A stretch of 63,986 nucleotides of DNA, the filler included, from Lenisia limosa (lineage: Eukaryota > Protista > Breviatea): the NCBI GenBank assembly GCA_001655205.1. It is 10 parts of 10 records of this genome, joined end to end, with 100 filler letters (N's around TTAATTAATTAA, not from the genome) between each part and the next. Parts side by side here need not be neighbours in the genome. Positions count along the whole stretch, not along the records: positions 27,152 to 55,065 come from LPNZ01008366.1; positions 55,166 to 56,388 come from LPNZ01007355.1; positions 56,489 to 59,697 come from LPNZ01008571.1; positions 59,798 to 62,786 come from LPNZ01004746.1; 6 more parts are not named here. One strand, 5' to 3'. The notes under the pieces are model-generated. The model was not told the DNA's origin. It ran no database searches and worked only from the letters and a program-made list of their open reading frames with translations. Shown here piece by piece: positions 48,501 through 59,839 of this stretch. How positions within the stretch are numbered: the stretch's first letter is position 1; each line of letters opens with the position of its first letter. The translations under genes and the position numbers were made by a program.

Positions 48501-51228
48501 AATATCAAAATAGTAATACATACAAATGCTTTAGATACCGCATCACAGGAATGTAGAGAAAGATAAACAAGGACCATGTGTCAGTGCAATGAGTAAAAGG
48601 GAGGTTAAATTGAGTATGGAATCATATTGAGCCACAAAAAGAACCTTGGTACCGATTAAACAATATGAGCGAAAAAAGGACATCATAAGCTCATGGCTCA
48701 CATTGAATGTTTGAAAGAAGTCTCGGGTTGCGCGTTCGCCCGCCTTCACGTCCCTGCATGGCCACACCAAGGTGTACACCGCGTATTCTATGGGGAAGAG
48801 AAAATGAAACAGAGTATCATCACGATAATGCAGTCCACCCACATCATTATATGTTAAAGGAAAATGATGCGATTGATAATCTGTTAGGAAAATGGTTTTA
48901 CTTTGACCGGAAAATAATATAATATTACGCAGTGAAAAACATAGCTCCAACAACATCCAGCATACGGTTTCCACCCATCATGAGCACAATTGGCATTGTT
49001 TTAAAGGCGGGGTTATTGCTATGGTTGAAGGCCACTAGGGGGGCTTCTGGCGCATCTTAAAGGTCAAATTGTTCATGAGTCTGAGTGTTTCGAATCCTTT
49101 CTCTCTGAAGTGCTATTATAGAGGTTTGGTATCCCTGTGTAATCCCTTGAACTGCAACAAAATGTTGCTTGGAATTAACTACGCGGAAAACATGCTTTGA
49201 CTCCCTTCATGATTGAAAATACTACATTATCCACTGACTACCTTTGCTTCATCTATGCATCACTATCTCTACACCATTTGTTCATACACTTTGGGTTCCA
49301 AAAAGATTTACTTTTCGACAAATATTCAATAGATATCGAAGATTACACGTCTTTTGGAGTCGAAGGTGAATCTCTCTTCAAGTAGGGCTTCACTTCGGTT
49401 CGAAAAAAGAATAAATATCTCGATAAATCCTCGATAATTTACTGGTATTTTTCGAACTGAAGTGAAGCCCTACTTACAATAGATTGTGTCGTGTCTGCCT
49501 TCAGCATTGGGCATATGCGCCTGAAGACAAAAGGGGATAGGGTTGGCGGGCTGAGAGGGTAAGAGCAAAACAACCGGAGGAGGGTGAGAGAGATTGAAAA
49601 ATTTATGAGACAAAAAAGGGTCCAAAATCAACTCAGTTTACGAGGGTTGAGAACTACAAACAAAAAAAGCCCAGGCCAGTCACTTCTGCAGCACCTCAGG
49701 GAGGGAGTATGTTGTCAATCATTATATATAATTTAACCTTACCTGGGGGGTACTCATTATATCACTCCGTTCCCACCTGACAAATCATTTTAACCATTCC
49801 TCAAACCAATTTGTGGATTTTCGAATCAGGGTCCCTTTGAAGCCTCTGCAGTTCCGTTGATGATTTGAACATCACAGATGAAGGGACCAAGAACACCTAG
49901 GGGATATCAAATAACCCTCCAACATTGTTCTATGAATCTAAAGACGGCTTGGTTGATGTTATCATTGCAGACACCACGGTAAAAGGAAATATGTTATGTT
50001 ACAAGAACTCAAAAAACCGTTGAAAGAAAAGAAGAGAATAGTAATAAAATATAAAAATAGGGCAGGTTTAGAAGCAGCCAACAAACCAGCGAGTTCTTTT
50101 CGGTATCATTAACCACGTGCGACTCAAAGCCCACCGGGGATTTGTCAATCTAATGGATATTCAGTGGGATGATTTGGATGGTTTGCTATCTCGGGTTGAT
50201 GTTGAAAGAAGGTGATGTTGACGAAAGTAATTGGGATGATCGTAGAGATCATGTCAATAACACCATGTGGGATAATAATTGTAATTGTTACGATAGTGCT
50301 TGTTAATGAAATTGCTTTTTTTTACTAGTAATGATATGGTTCATCATAGCAAAGAACAACCGATTCTTCTGGGAGAGGGAATGCGGGGGGGGGGGGGGNN
50401 NNNNNNNNNNNNNNNNNNNNNNNNNNNNNNNNNNNNNNNNNNNNNNNNNNNNNNNNNNNNNNNNNNNNNNNNNNNNNNNNNNNNNNNNNNNNGGCAAGTA
50501 CCACGAAGGAAAGGCAGGCAGGATAAATCCCCACCAATTCAACCTTGTCAGTCGGCTGCAGGGACACGACATCAAACCATAGGTGCGGGGGTGTGCCTGC
50601 AACGCATCTAAAGGCCGTCTACATAGTATGAGCACCTTCATTTCATCTATGCCTCACGATCTTCATTACCATTTGATATCTGAATAAATGTAGAATATCA
50701 CCTACATTTCTATGGAATTAGAGTGGGGGGCATGACAAGATATCAAGGAGGAGTACAGATACACAATAAGAGATGAGAAATAATAATAAAAAAGTTTTCT
50801 TCTGGCCGAAGCCGTCCACNNNNNNNNNNNNNNNNNNNNNNNNNNNNNNNNNNNNNNNNNNNNNNNNNNNNNNNNNNNNNNNNNNNNNNNNNNNNNNNNN
50901 NNNNNNNNNNNNNNNNNNNNNNNNNNNNNNNCAACTCTGTACACAGCTTTCTGCATTCCTCCCCAGCATACGGATTCAATATATTGCACTGGGGGAAAAA
51001 TACAAGGCTTTTCTGGCCAAAGCCGTCCACACCATCATTCTTATAAGAGTTATTGAATTATAGTATTATAGTAATTCACCCAATCATTTACCGCGCAACT
51101 GTTATATCTCCAAAGATATACAACATGTGGCATATTGTTACCCCCCCCCCCACATCCCAGAGGCACTTAGGGAATCCAGCATCCTTGAAGTTGCCTTCAT
51201 AAGCGGCAAAGAATGCGTTGACATTCAT
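45513..51228 (-). CDS. TTLL12: Tubulin-tyrosine ligase-like protein 12 homologue (SET-like + TTL domain)
   Basis: Start MNVNAFFAAYEGNFKDAGFPKCLWD; SET-like AFNHSNNPAF and YTLVWPCRDVKAGERATRDF; MMVKPYSASRSAG...GSPKIACK; PLLYEGHKIDIRVMV; SRAIYGVDVM; PVVLEVNYSPDCRR; terminal exon DKFFMDIFRLL...WFRAY*. Confidence 0.85.
47670..47742. repeat. (GAT/GGT)n microsatellite in a TTLL12 intron
   Basis: gatgatgatgatgatggtggtggtgatgatgatgatg, upstream (minus strand) of the exon TSDRDEADFVY. Confidence 0.85.
49383..49472. mobile_element. MITE M1 (best-preserved copy, 90 bp)
   Basis: Near-perfect TIRs: TAGGGCTTCACTTCGGTTCGAAAAA ... TTTTTCGAACTGAAGTGAAGCCCTA. Confidence 0.85.
49590..49700 (-). repeat. Family R2 copy in a TTLL12 intron
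   Basis: Minus strand: ggtgctgcagaagtgactggcctgggctttt...caaccctcgtaaactgagttgattttgg...tctcataaatttttcaat. Confidence 0.75.
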
Positions 51229-51473
51229 TGTACGAGAGGTGGAAGACCACTCCTTTTCGCGAAGGCAAAGATCGCAAACAAAAAAATCACTATTGTTTCG
51301 GTTTTATATTTTTGTGGGTATGGCGTAGAGGTGTTTGTTTTGTTCTTTTATAGCTAGGCAAGAGGAGAGAGGAGGGGACAAGGAGGGGGAGGTTTGAAAC
51401 AACAAAAATAACGGGGAGGGCTGGGATCACCTGATCTGGATTCCTGCAGGTACTTCCATCCGCTTTCAGTTTC

Positions 51474-51579
51474 TTAAAACAGGCCGCTAAACCAGATTCA
51501 TTACGTAATCTTAACCGAGCCCCAAATCCATAACCTTACACACTCCGAGGTTTTATCCTAGATTAGCGGCCTGCTTTAA
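51474..51579. mobile_element. MITE M2, internally deleted copy
   Basis: TTAA-AACAGGCCGCTAAACCAGA...cttaaccgagccccaaat...actccgaggtttta...TAGCGGCCTGCT-TTAA; shares internal sequence with the 24155 copy. Confidence 0.75.
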
Positions 51580-51907
51580 CATTAAAGTATTGTTAAAATG
51601 TGAATAACTAAATTAATGAGCAAGCTGGCCAATGAGACAAATGTAATAATTAATATATGATGATATGTTAGTTGTTATTTTCACCCGCTTTGTCCTGTTC
51701 CTGTTTTATTGCTTTTGGTGGATTTCAAGCTACTAACCCAGTGTATAACCCTCTACTTTTGTGATTTTGTGATATCTGTCTAAAACTTGAACAACATTAT
51801 AAAAAAAACAGAAATACAATAACAATTGGAGACAATTAGAGACTCAATAATACAATCCCCAAGAAATTCAACTCAGCCAAAACCAGAACTGATAAATACC
51901 AAAACCA

Positions 51908-54849
51908 TTAGAGACTCTGCAACCTTCCAAATTTGGCAAGGTAAAGCGCACCAGTGAGTCCGAACCATCTCCCATAGGTTGCAACCTAAACCATAACTCA
52001 ATGCTACGTTCATTATCACTATTTGATATCATCTACTACTGATTCACTCACTTAGTATATTATAATCGAAGAAATGAGAAACAAAACAGAGTTGCATCTG
52101 ACCAAAGCTATCCACATCATCACGCTGATGAGATAGGATTATAATATAATACTAATTCACCCAATCATTTGCCTCACAACTCTGTGCACACAGCTTTCTG
52201 CATATAATAGGAGGTTTAATTCTCAATTTCGCTGCAAATTTCGCAGGCAAATTTCGACGTCGAAATGTGATCAAATTTCACTTTTTGGCCTGAAAAGCGA
52301 AATTTGAACCGGCGAAATTTGAAAACAAAGTAAACCTCAGGTTACCCTCTAGTTGGTCAATTCTTTAATAAATACGTTTAAACATCTTAATTCAGTCAAT
52401 AACTAGAGAGGAAGAGAGTTCAGTACGGCAGACAAATATTTTAAAGCAAATCAAACCCGGGAACTATCCCAAAAACAGTCGGAGATCACTAATTCGAGGG
52501 ATTGGCAACCGGAACGGAGGTTACAGGTGATAAGCTTACCAATGTTGGCACATAAACGTTTAATAGATATCGTTCTTCTCTTATAAAATCAACTTATCGA
52601 AGGATTTTATAATGTTTTACACAAAAAACTACGAAAAATTTACGCGCAACTTTGAATGGTCAAAATTTGCGCCTTAACTACAGACGCTGCCATCCCCTTT
52701 ATAGAAGAGCCAAAATTCCCTCTACATGTAGCTAAAGAAAACTGACCTCAATATTCACAATGTCAGCCATCTCAGTAATGACCTCTTCTTGATCTGAGGG
52801 GGTTGTTAGGCCAACAGTTCAGTTTTATATCCCAAATTGCATGATATCATAGAATATTCAACTAGATATTGAGCAATCATATAATTACTACATAGCATAC
52901 TACTATTAGTAGTACTTATCATATGCAATGAGAAATAAAAAAATCAGGTCTGGCCTAAAGCGTCCACATCATCACGCTTATAAGAGATATTGGATTATAG
53001 TATAATATTAATTCACCCTGATATACATATGCATATATCAAACTCTTCCATCAGACCCCCCCAACCCACATGATTTGAGTGCAGACTGCACATAACCGTC
53101 ATAAGTACACACGCCTCCTGTGGCATTACCAAAAAGAGGTTGTGAAGTAGGACCCCACACTGACTATCCTTATCTCATACCTCCCATCACGATCATGGTT
53201 GGGTTGATAATGTTAGTTAGCATAGCTAATCCGAAGCCAAGAGCCTTGCCTGCTTTTTGAACCTCTAAAATGGTGGCCTAAACTGTAATGAAGGCCCTGA
53301 AACCCCACTATCAAATAACTGCAGATGATGCAAACCTTATCGTTTTCTTTGATTTTGTCGTGAACCTCTTCACCCGTCAAACCAAGGCGTTCCAAAAGTC
53401 CAAGTCCACCTCAGAAATAACATATATTACTACATAAAATATGATACAGTAATATATTCATATATTTCTAGTTGCAAAATGAGCCAGGACAGTATTCTCT
53501 TGGAATACCACTACTGAACAAACAGCAATATTGAAGATAATATAGTTGAACTGAATATGGCCAACTGGAAGCGAAAATGTTCAACTGATGCAAACCACAA
53601 AGAGCATCAAGACTTTCCTTCTGTCCGGCTATGCGAGAAATTCCCGCTTCTCCCGCCCATCCACGTGCGCCTCCAAAGAGCTGAGCTGTTATTTGGACTT
53701 TACTTCCACCAAAAATGGCAATATTTCAATGAATAAACGTATACTTTTGTTGATAATCAAAGAGTCCCCAAGACAAAGTAATATCAAACATTGCATATCA
53801 CTCAGCGTTGTCATAATACTCCTCAAAATAATATTCTATCAGGCAGCGTTGCACTTCCATGAGTTCATACAATATCAATACTGTCAAAATATTAATTATT
53901 TTTGAAAATAGTCTTTTTGGGACCAATGAAGCTCTAGGCTAAAGCCACAAGTACTGTTACGCCCGTAAATACCCAATTGAATCCGTCTTACCTTTCCTTT
54001 GTGGGTAAAAGACGTTCCAATGCCTGATCCAATAACTGCAAATATGATTGTTTCCTAAAGCGTTAAGGTGGTTTCGGGCTATCATTTGTTACCTAAAGGA
54101 CAAAAAAGGAAAATCAAAATTAAACTGTTCCAAAACCAAGTACCACATACCTTCTGAAAAGCCTCTCGGACCTCCATGCTTGGGTGGAAAGCATACGCAC
54201 ACGCGGCAGTGGAGATATCATTGTCAACGTGCACCTGAGGATTAACTTCGCTGGAGAGAATAGTACCAGTTAGACAATAGTTGGCTACTTCACTCGGAAT
54301 CAAATGGGGTTTTAATTACAAAATAGAAACTTCTTTTTTTCTCAAGTAATTACTGGCTAAAAAAAATTAGGACTTATTTCTACAGAGATATTAAAAAATC
54401 AACGGACTGTTTGAACCGAAGCAGTCCACACAAGTAAAGCAATATGTTGCTCAATAAAATGACTTATTATCAACATATCCTAAGGGCTTCACCCTGGTCC
54501 AAAAATTATCGGTAAACCATCGAAATTTATCGAGAAATTCACTACATATCCTTGAAAAAACATCAGTCCCAATCACAAGCAGAACGAACCCTACCTGAAC
54601 CGCCTCCTTTTGTCCATATGCGGCCAAAGCGCTTCGAACACCTTGTGCAGTTAATAGTTTGAAAAGGGCATATGTCAAATAGGAGTTTCTCGGTGTTTTT
54701 GTTACAGAAAATGAATTACTCCTTTTTCTTCAAACACTATCAATATAAACACACCAGCCCTACAATTGGCAATGTTGTGGCCTTTGAGTGCGACATCAGG
54801 GGCCATAACTACGGTGGAGTCTTCGTCCACTATGCCTATGGCTGTTATA
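51908..54849 (-). CDS. ROK-family sugar kinase, multi-exon, 5' end truncated
   Basis: Spliced motifs in ROK order: ITAIGIVDEDSTVVMAPDVALKGHNI; VHVDNDISTAA; IGSGIG...KGKLFGGARGWAGEAG; LTGEEVHDKIKEND; INPTMIVMGG; C-terminal YGRWFGLTGALYLAK...QSL*. Confidence 0.8.
52925..53020 (-). repeat. Family R3 copy in a ROK-kinase intron
   Basis: Minus strand: gggtgaattaatattatactataatccaatatctcttataagcgtgatgatgtggacgctttaggccagacctga...tttctcattgc. Confidence 0.8.
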
Positions 54850-54861
54850 CTGGTCAATACC

Positions 54862-54958
54862 AAGGGCTTCACTTTGTTTCGAAATAAGACTGAATTTCTC
54901 CATAAATGCTCGAAAATTATCGATATTTTCCCGGTTTTTTTCGAACCGAAGTGAAGCC
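54862..54958. mobile_element. MITE M1 next to a ROK-kinase acceptor
   Basis: aagggcttcactttgtttcgaaataagactg...tttttcgaaccgaagtgaagcc; partial copies nearby at 54481-54543 and 55025-55058. Confidence 0.75.
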
Positions 54959-56519
54959 ATGTCAATACTATATGATATGACACAAGAAAAAGACTGGTAA
55001 AATATCAATACACTGTATATTGAGGAATTCAGTCTTTTTTGTACCGAAGTGAAGCCTTTGATAAANNNNNNNNNNNNNNNNNNNNNNNNNNNNNNNNNNN
55101 NNNNNNNNNTTAATTAATTAANNNNNNNNNNNNNNNNNNNNNNNNNNNNNNNNNNNNNNNNNNNNGGGAGTTAGTACATCCATATTTACCAGTATTATCT
55201 TTTTAGGGGGAGAAGTGCTGGGTCTGCCATTTCAATTCACCTTCTCCCCGCTAGCCAATAGTTTCTGAGTTGTGTAATTTCATAACCCCCTTTCCTTCCC
55301 CTCCCAATTCACCTTCTTCCTCTCATCTCTCATGTGTTTACCCCCCTTCCCTTCCCTTTTTTTTTTTGTTTCGTAACCTTTTAGTACCTTACGCCAATAT
55401 TCATCAAAAATTCCTTCGTTTCACCCCCCCCCCCCNNNNNNNNNNNNNNNNNNNNNNNNNNNNNNNNNNNNNNNNNNNNNNNNNNNNNNNNNNNNNNNNN
55501 NNNNNNNNNNNNNNNNNNNNNNNNNNNNNNNNNNNNNNNNNNNNNNNNNNNNNNNNNNNNNNNNNNNNNNNNNNNNNNNNNNGTTATTCCTGTTTTTGTT
55601 TTTTGTTTTTTTTTTGTTACATAATTGTTCCTCCCCAGATTTTCGCGGTGCTGAATGAGTGCAAGTAGTAGCTGATGTTAGAGATCTAGGTTTTATTTAT
55701 TCATGTGTACAATGTTAATGGGGCTTTAAATGCTGAGTGTGGGGTTAGAGGCCCTAGGTTTTATTTCTTCATGTGTACAGTGTTAATGAGGGAGTTTATG
55801 GGTAAAGGAGCTGCAAGGAAATAACGATGGAAAAATTGAAACAATGTTGAAACAAAAAACAAGGGTTGACACAACCGGTCAGTCGCTGCTGCTGCCTCGC
55901 GAAACAGGAAAAAAAACCATGAGTGTTTTGTTTTCTTCATCAGATACATCAGCAAGAATCTTAAGAACTGATTAAATTCAAACATTTTGTTTGAATCTTG
56001 ATATTTTTATCCAAGACACAGAAATTCCGGGTTTTTTGCCACTACGATATTACACTTCGAATGATTTGGTTTATATTTTTGGTTTATGTGGATTTGATTG
56101 TTTGTGTGGCGCATTGACGTTTCTTATAAACACTACGGCGCATTTTCCGCATCACCTACTTATTCCCCCGTCGTGAACCATAAAAACTCCATATTTACCC
56201 ACAAATACTTCTCTCATATTCACATAAACCCCACGAAAAAAATCAACCAATCATCCATCCACGAAGCTAGAGCTCCTCCGGGTACTCCGAGCCGTCATAG
56301 CCGACGGTATCGTCTTCAACACCCACGGCGCCGGGAGTACCTGGGGGGGCCTTTCCGCCCTGAGGGGGGGGGGTGAATCGAAGGAAATNNNNNNNNNNNN
56401 NNNNNNNNNNNNNNNNNNNNNNNNNNNNNNNNTTAATTAATTAANNNNNNNNNNNNNNNNNNNNNNNNNNNNNNNNNNNNNNNNNNNNAATCATCATGCT
56501 TCACCCCACCCCCCAGCCC

Positions 56520-59030
56520 GGCCCACGCCACTCCCGAGGGCACTCGTGCTGTTGGTAGCCGATAACCGGTCGGAGGCAGAACTTTGGAGCTGAGACATCT
56601 GAAAAATGAGATAGGAGCCCCGTGTATTTATTTTCTTTGATTACTGTGTAATGTCTATTATTCTTTCTGATTGAAATAGCACTACTCCATCGGTTGCAAC
56701 AAAAAGACTGAATTCTCGTGAAACATCGATACTTCACCGGTCATTTGGTACGGAGTGATTCCCTACTTGGGCTTCTTTTCGGTTCAAAAAAAAAAGACTG
56801 AATTTATCGATAAAACCTGGACAATTTCGAGAGTTTACCAGTCTTTTTTGAACCGAAGTGAAGCCCAATGCCCTAAGCCCCACATAGCAACCTCTACATG
56901 AAATATTTGAGCAAATCAAAAGAAAGTTCCCATAATAAATAAAAAATAAAATTCAGAATAAATAAATAAGGCCTAGCACCGCCTACCCTGAAGCCCGATA
57001 TTTCCGAANNNNNNNNNNNNNNNNNNNNNNNNNNNNNNNNNNNNNNNNNNNNNNNNNNNNNNNNNNNNNNNNNNNNNNNNNNNNNNNNNNNNNNNNNNNN
57101 NTATGTATCTCTAAAAACAATAGAGTAACTAAACAATATTACATTTAAACAAAATCATAAGATATAAAAAAATTGGCCAATACTTAGTAAAGGGGAGAAG
57201 AAATTGTGAAAAAAACAGTATTTAATGAACACTATTACATTAAACAATATCTTGATATAACAAAAAAAAAATTCGGGAATCCTTTGAATATGCATGTAAT
57301 TGTCGAAACAACTTTCCTTTTCAGGAAGTCAGCCCCCCCCCCCTCACTGGTTTTTGAGGGCGTCCTATCGCCACCACCACCCCAGGTTTCACTGCCTTCG
57401 AACTATGATTGTCAGAAATGTGGGGGGGGGGGGNNNNNNNNNNNNNNNNNNNNNNNNNNNNNNNNNNNNNNNNNNNNNNNNNNNNNNNNNNNNNNNNNNN
57501 NNNNNNNNNNNNNNNNNNNNNNNNNNNNNNNNNNNNNNNNNNNNNNNACAGTTCATCCTAACATTTGCTGATACTAGGGCTTAACTTGGTTGGAAGAAGA
57601 CCAGTAAAAATATCGATAATTTTCCAGGATTTATCGAGAAATTCAGTCTTTTTTCGAAGCGAAGTGTAGCCCTACTTCTAACTCCGTATCCAATTATTCA
57701 CTAACGGGTATTTTTGAGAGGAGTTTTCCTCAACAGGAAACTCTGCGTTACTAAAGGAAGACAACAAGGGAATTCGAGTGGAAACACAGAAGTCGGGATT
57801 TTCTCACTTTTCCAGTAGTATTTCTGGGAAAAAGTGTTTTCAACAAATATTCAATAACAATAATATACAAAATATAATACATGTAGCATATACAAATAAA
57901 ACTATATTACTCAAAACACTATTTAGCCGGTCTTTTTGTAGGCACCCTACCCACCGATGATGCAGAATACATGGAGGTGCGGGTTGAACTTGGGACAGCT
58001 TCGTTGGTGGTCACACCCCTAGGTTTAATTATTTATAACATATTACAATGATCACACCCCTGTCATAGTAAACAGTTTGCAAGACTTTTTAAAACATGAC
58101 GTTCACTTGATATAAGCCATATAAAAATATATTAGTGTATACAAGAAAACACCACTTTCATTATACATGCTCTTTATTCACCTTAACCCCCCTCCGACTT
58201 TCTCTTTCTCTTGTTGGACGAAAAGTCGATGTGAATCAACACGCTCTGCATCCCTCTCATTGCGTCCAAAACAATGAAGCTTTGGTCCGTAGTTGCCTAA
58301 AAAGGAAAGTAAACAACGGATATTGCCTAATAAGGAAAGTGAGACGCGTGGAAGTTACAAATAAGGAAACAATAACACATCACCACCACCCCCACAATTC
58401 CAAGCGGCTGGATTTCGTCGAAATCAATGTAGAAGGAGTTCATGAAGAAGGCGTTACGCGGGCGTAAGAGGAGAAGAGCGATGACGAAGAGCAGCAGAAG
58501 GGCTGTGATGGCTCCGGCGATGAGCAGCCTGGGGGGGGGGAGTAAAACGAAGGAAATTTCGATGAAGAATATTGGCGTTAAGGACTAATCACGAACCGAA
58601 TAATCTGAAACTCCAAACAAACAAGAAAAAAACAAGCAATAACACAAGCAACCAACACAAAAACTATACAAAAACACATGACAAAAACACAAAAAGTAAA
58701 ATAAGCCCGAGCCAGCCTTGGAAGAGTCCCAGCACACTCGATCCCCGTATGAAAATGTAAAACATTTATGCACAAGAAGCCCAAAATCAACCCTCATAAT
58801 CACCCAAAACGAAATAAAGATACTACTCACATGGCATATGACAAGGGCGTCCCTACGGTCCGAAAAAGACCTTCAAAATGTTGAGAATTTATCTACCGTA
58901 GGGAAGCCCTACTATGACCCCCCCCCCCCNNNNNNNNNNNNNNNNNNNNNNNNNNNNNNNNNNNNNNNNNNNNNNNNNNNNNNNNNNNNNNNNNNNNNNN
59001 NNNGATCGACGAGGGGAAGAGCTAAACAGA
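56520..59030 (-). CDS. Single-pass receptor-like protein fragment (TM followed by an IDFDEI juxtamembrane motif)
   Basis: Exon 58396-58528 encodes LLIAGAITALLLLFVIALLLLRPRNAFFMNSFYIDFDEIQPLGI; further small Ser/Thr-rich exons downstream. No catalytic kinase motifs seen; boundaries uncertain. Confidence 0.4.
56767..56868. mobile_element. MITE M1
   Basis: ttgggcttcttttcggttcaaaaaaaaagactg...cagtcttttttgaaccgaagtgaagcccaa. Confidence 0.8.
57575..57674. mobile_element. MITE M1
   Basis: tagggcttaacttggttggaagaagaccag...cagtcttttttcgaagcgaagtgtagcccta. Confidence 0.75.
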
Positions 59031-59035
59031 ATAAT

Positions 59036-59085
59036 GGGGGAGACAAAAGCCCAAAATCAACTCTATTGGCTGACAAAGTCATTTG
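59036..59085 (-). repeat. Family R2 partial copy near an acceptor
   Basis: Minus strand: tcagccaatagagttgattttgggcttttgtc, then ...ctgtttag. Confidence 0.6.
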
Positions 59086-59839
59086 CTTAATAATTACATT
59101 CAGACCAGAAAAACGACCAAGAAACTAACCTCCATCAGTCCGGACGTTTCATTGAGAACATGCACCTCAGTAAACGCATTAGAAACCTACAAGAATGTTA
59201 CCAGGGATAATTTCAGTGATATTTAGAAGATTCAATTTTTGAAAAAAAAAAAAAAAAACACATCGAAATGCATCTAAAAATCGTTGAATGTCGACAAATA
59301 TCAATATTTTCGCGTCATTTTGTGAAGCCAATATCAGCCANNNNNNNNNNNNNNNNNNNNNNNNNNNNNNNNNNNNNNNNNNNNNNNNNNNNNNNNNNNN
59401 NNNNNNNNNNNNNNNNNNNTTGGAACTCTGAAAAGTTAATGTAAATAATGATAAAAATCATAATGTAGCTAATAATGTAACGCGCTTTGAATGGATTTGC
59501 TTAATCAAAAAAAAGTAACTTTATGTAATGCTTCAAGCAAATAAGCTAAGTATTGACACCCCTTCTTCCCCACCACACGCTCTCTCTTAAAAAAAACAAC
59601 AACAAAGAACCACTTAACCCCCTTCACCAATCCACTTAATATATTATCACGGTCTGGGCTTTGTTTGTTTTTGTTATCAACCTTCGTGTGTTGCCAGNNN
59701 NNNNNNNNNNNNNNNNNNNNNNNNNNNNNNNNNNNNNNNNNTTAATTAATTAANNNNNNNNNNNNNNNNNNNNNNNNNNNNNNNNNNNNNNNNNNNNCAA
59801 TTCAAATAAATTCACAGATGGAGGAAAATTCACAGATAT

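Noticed and set aside
52945-52985. C/D-box snoRNA in repeat R3 (GTGATGA...CTGA)
   Set aside because: The boxes are only ~25 nt apart and are not conserved in the other copies.
23255-56365. Isolated exon-like segments at ~23255-23390 (-), ~24712-24818 (-) and ~56265-56365
   Set aside because: Probably coding, but single exons on tiny contigs with ambiguous frame and no recognisable motif, so not called.
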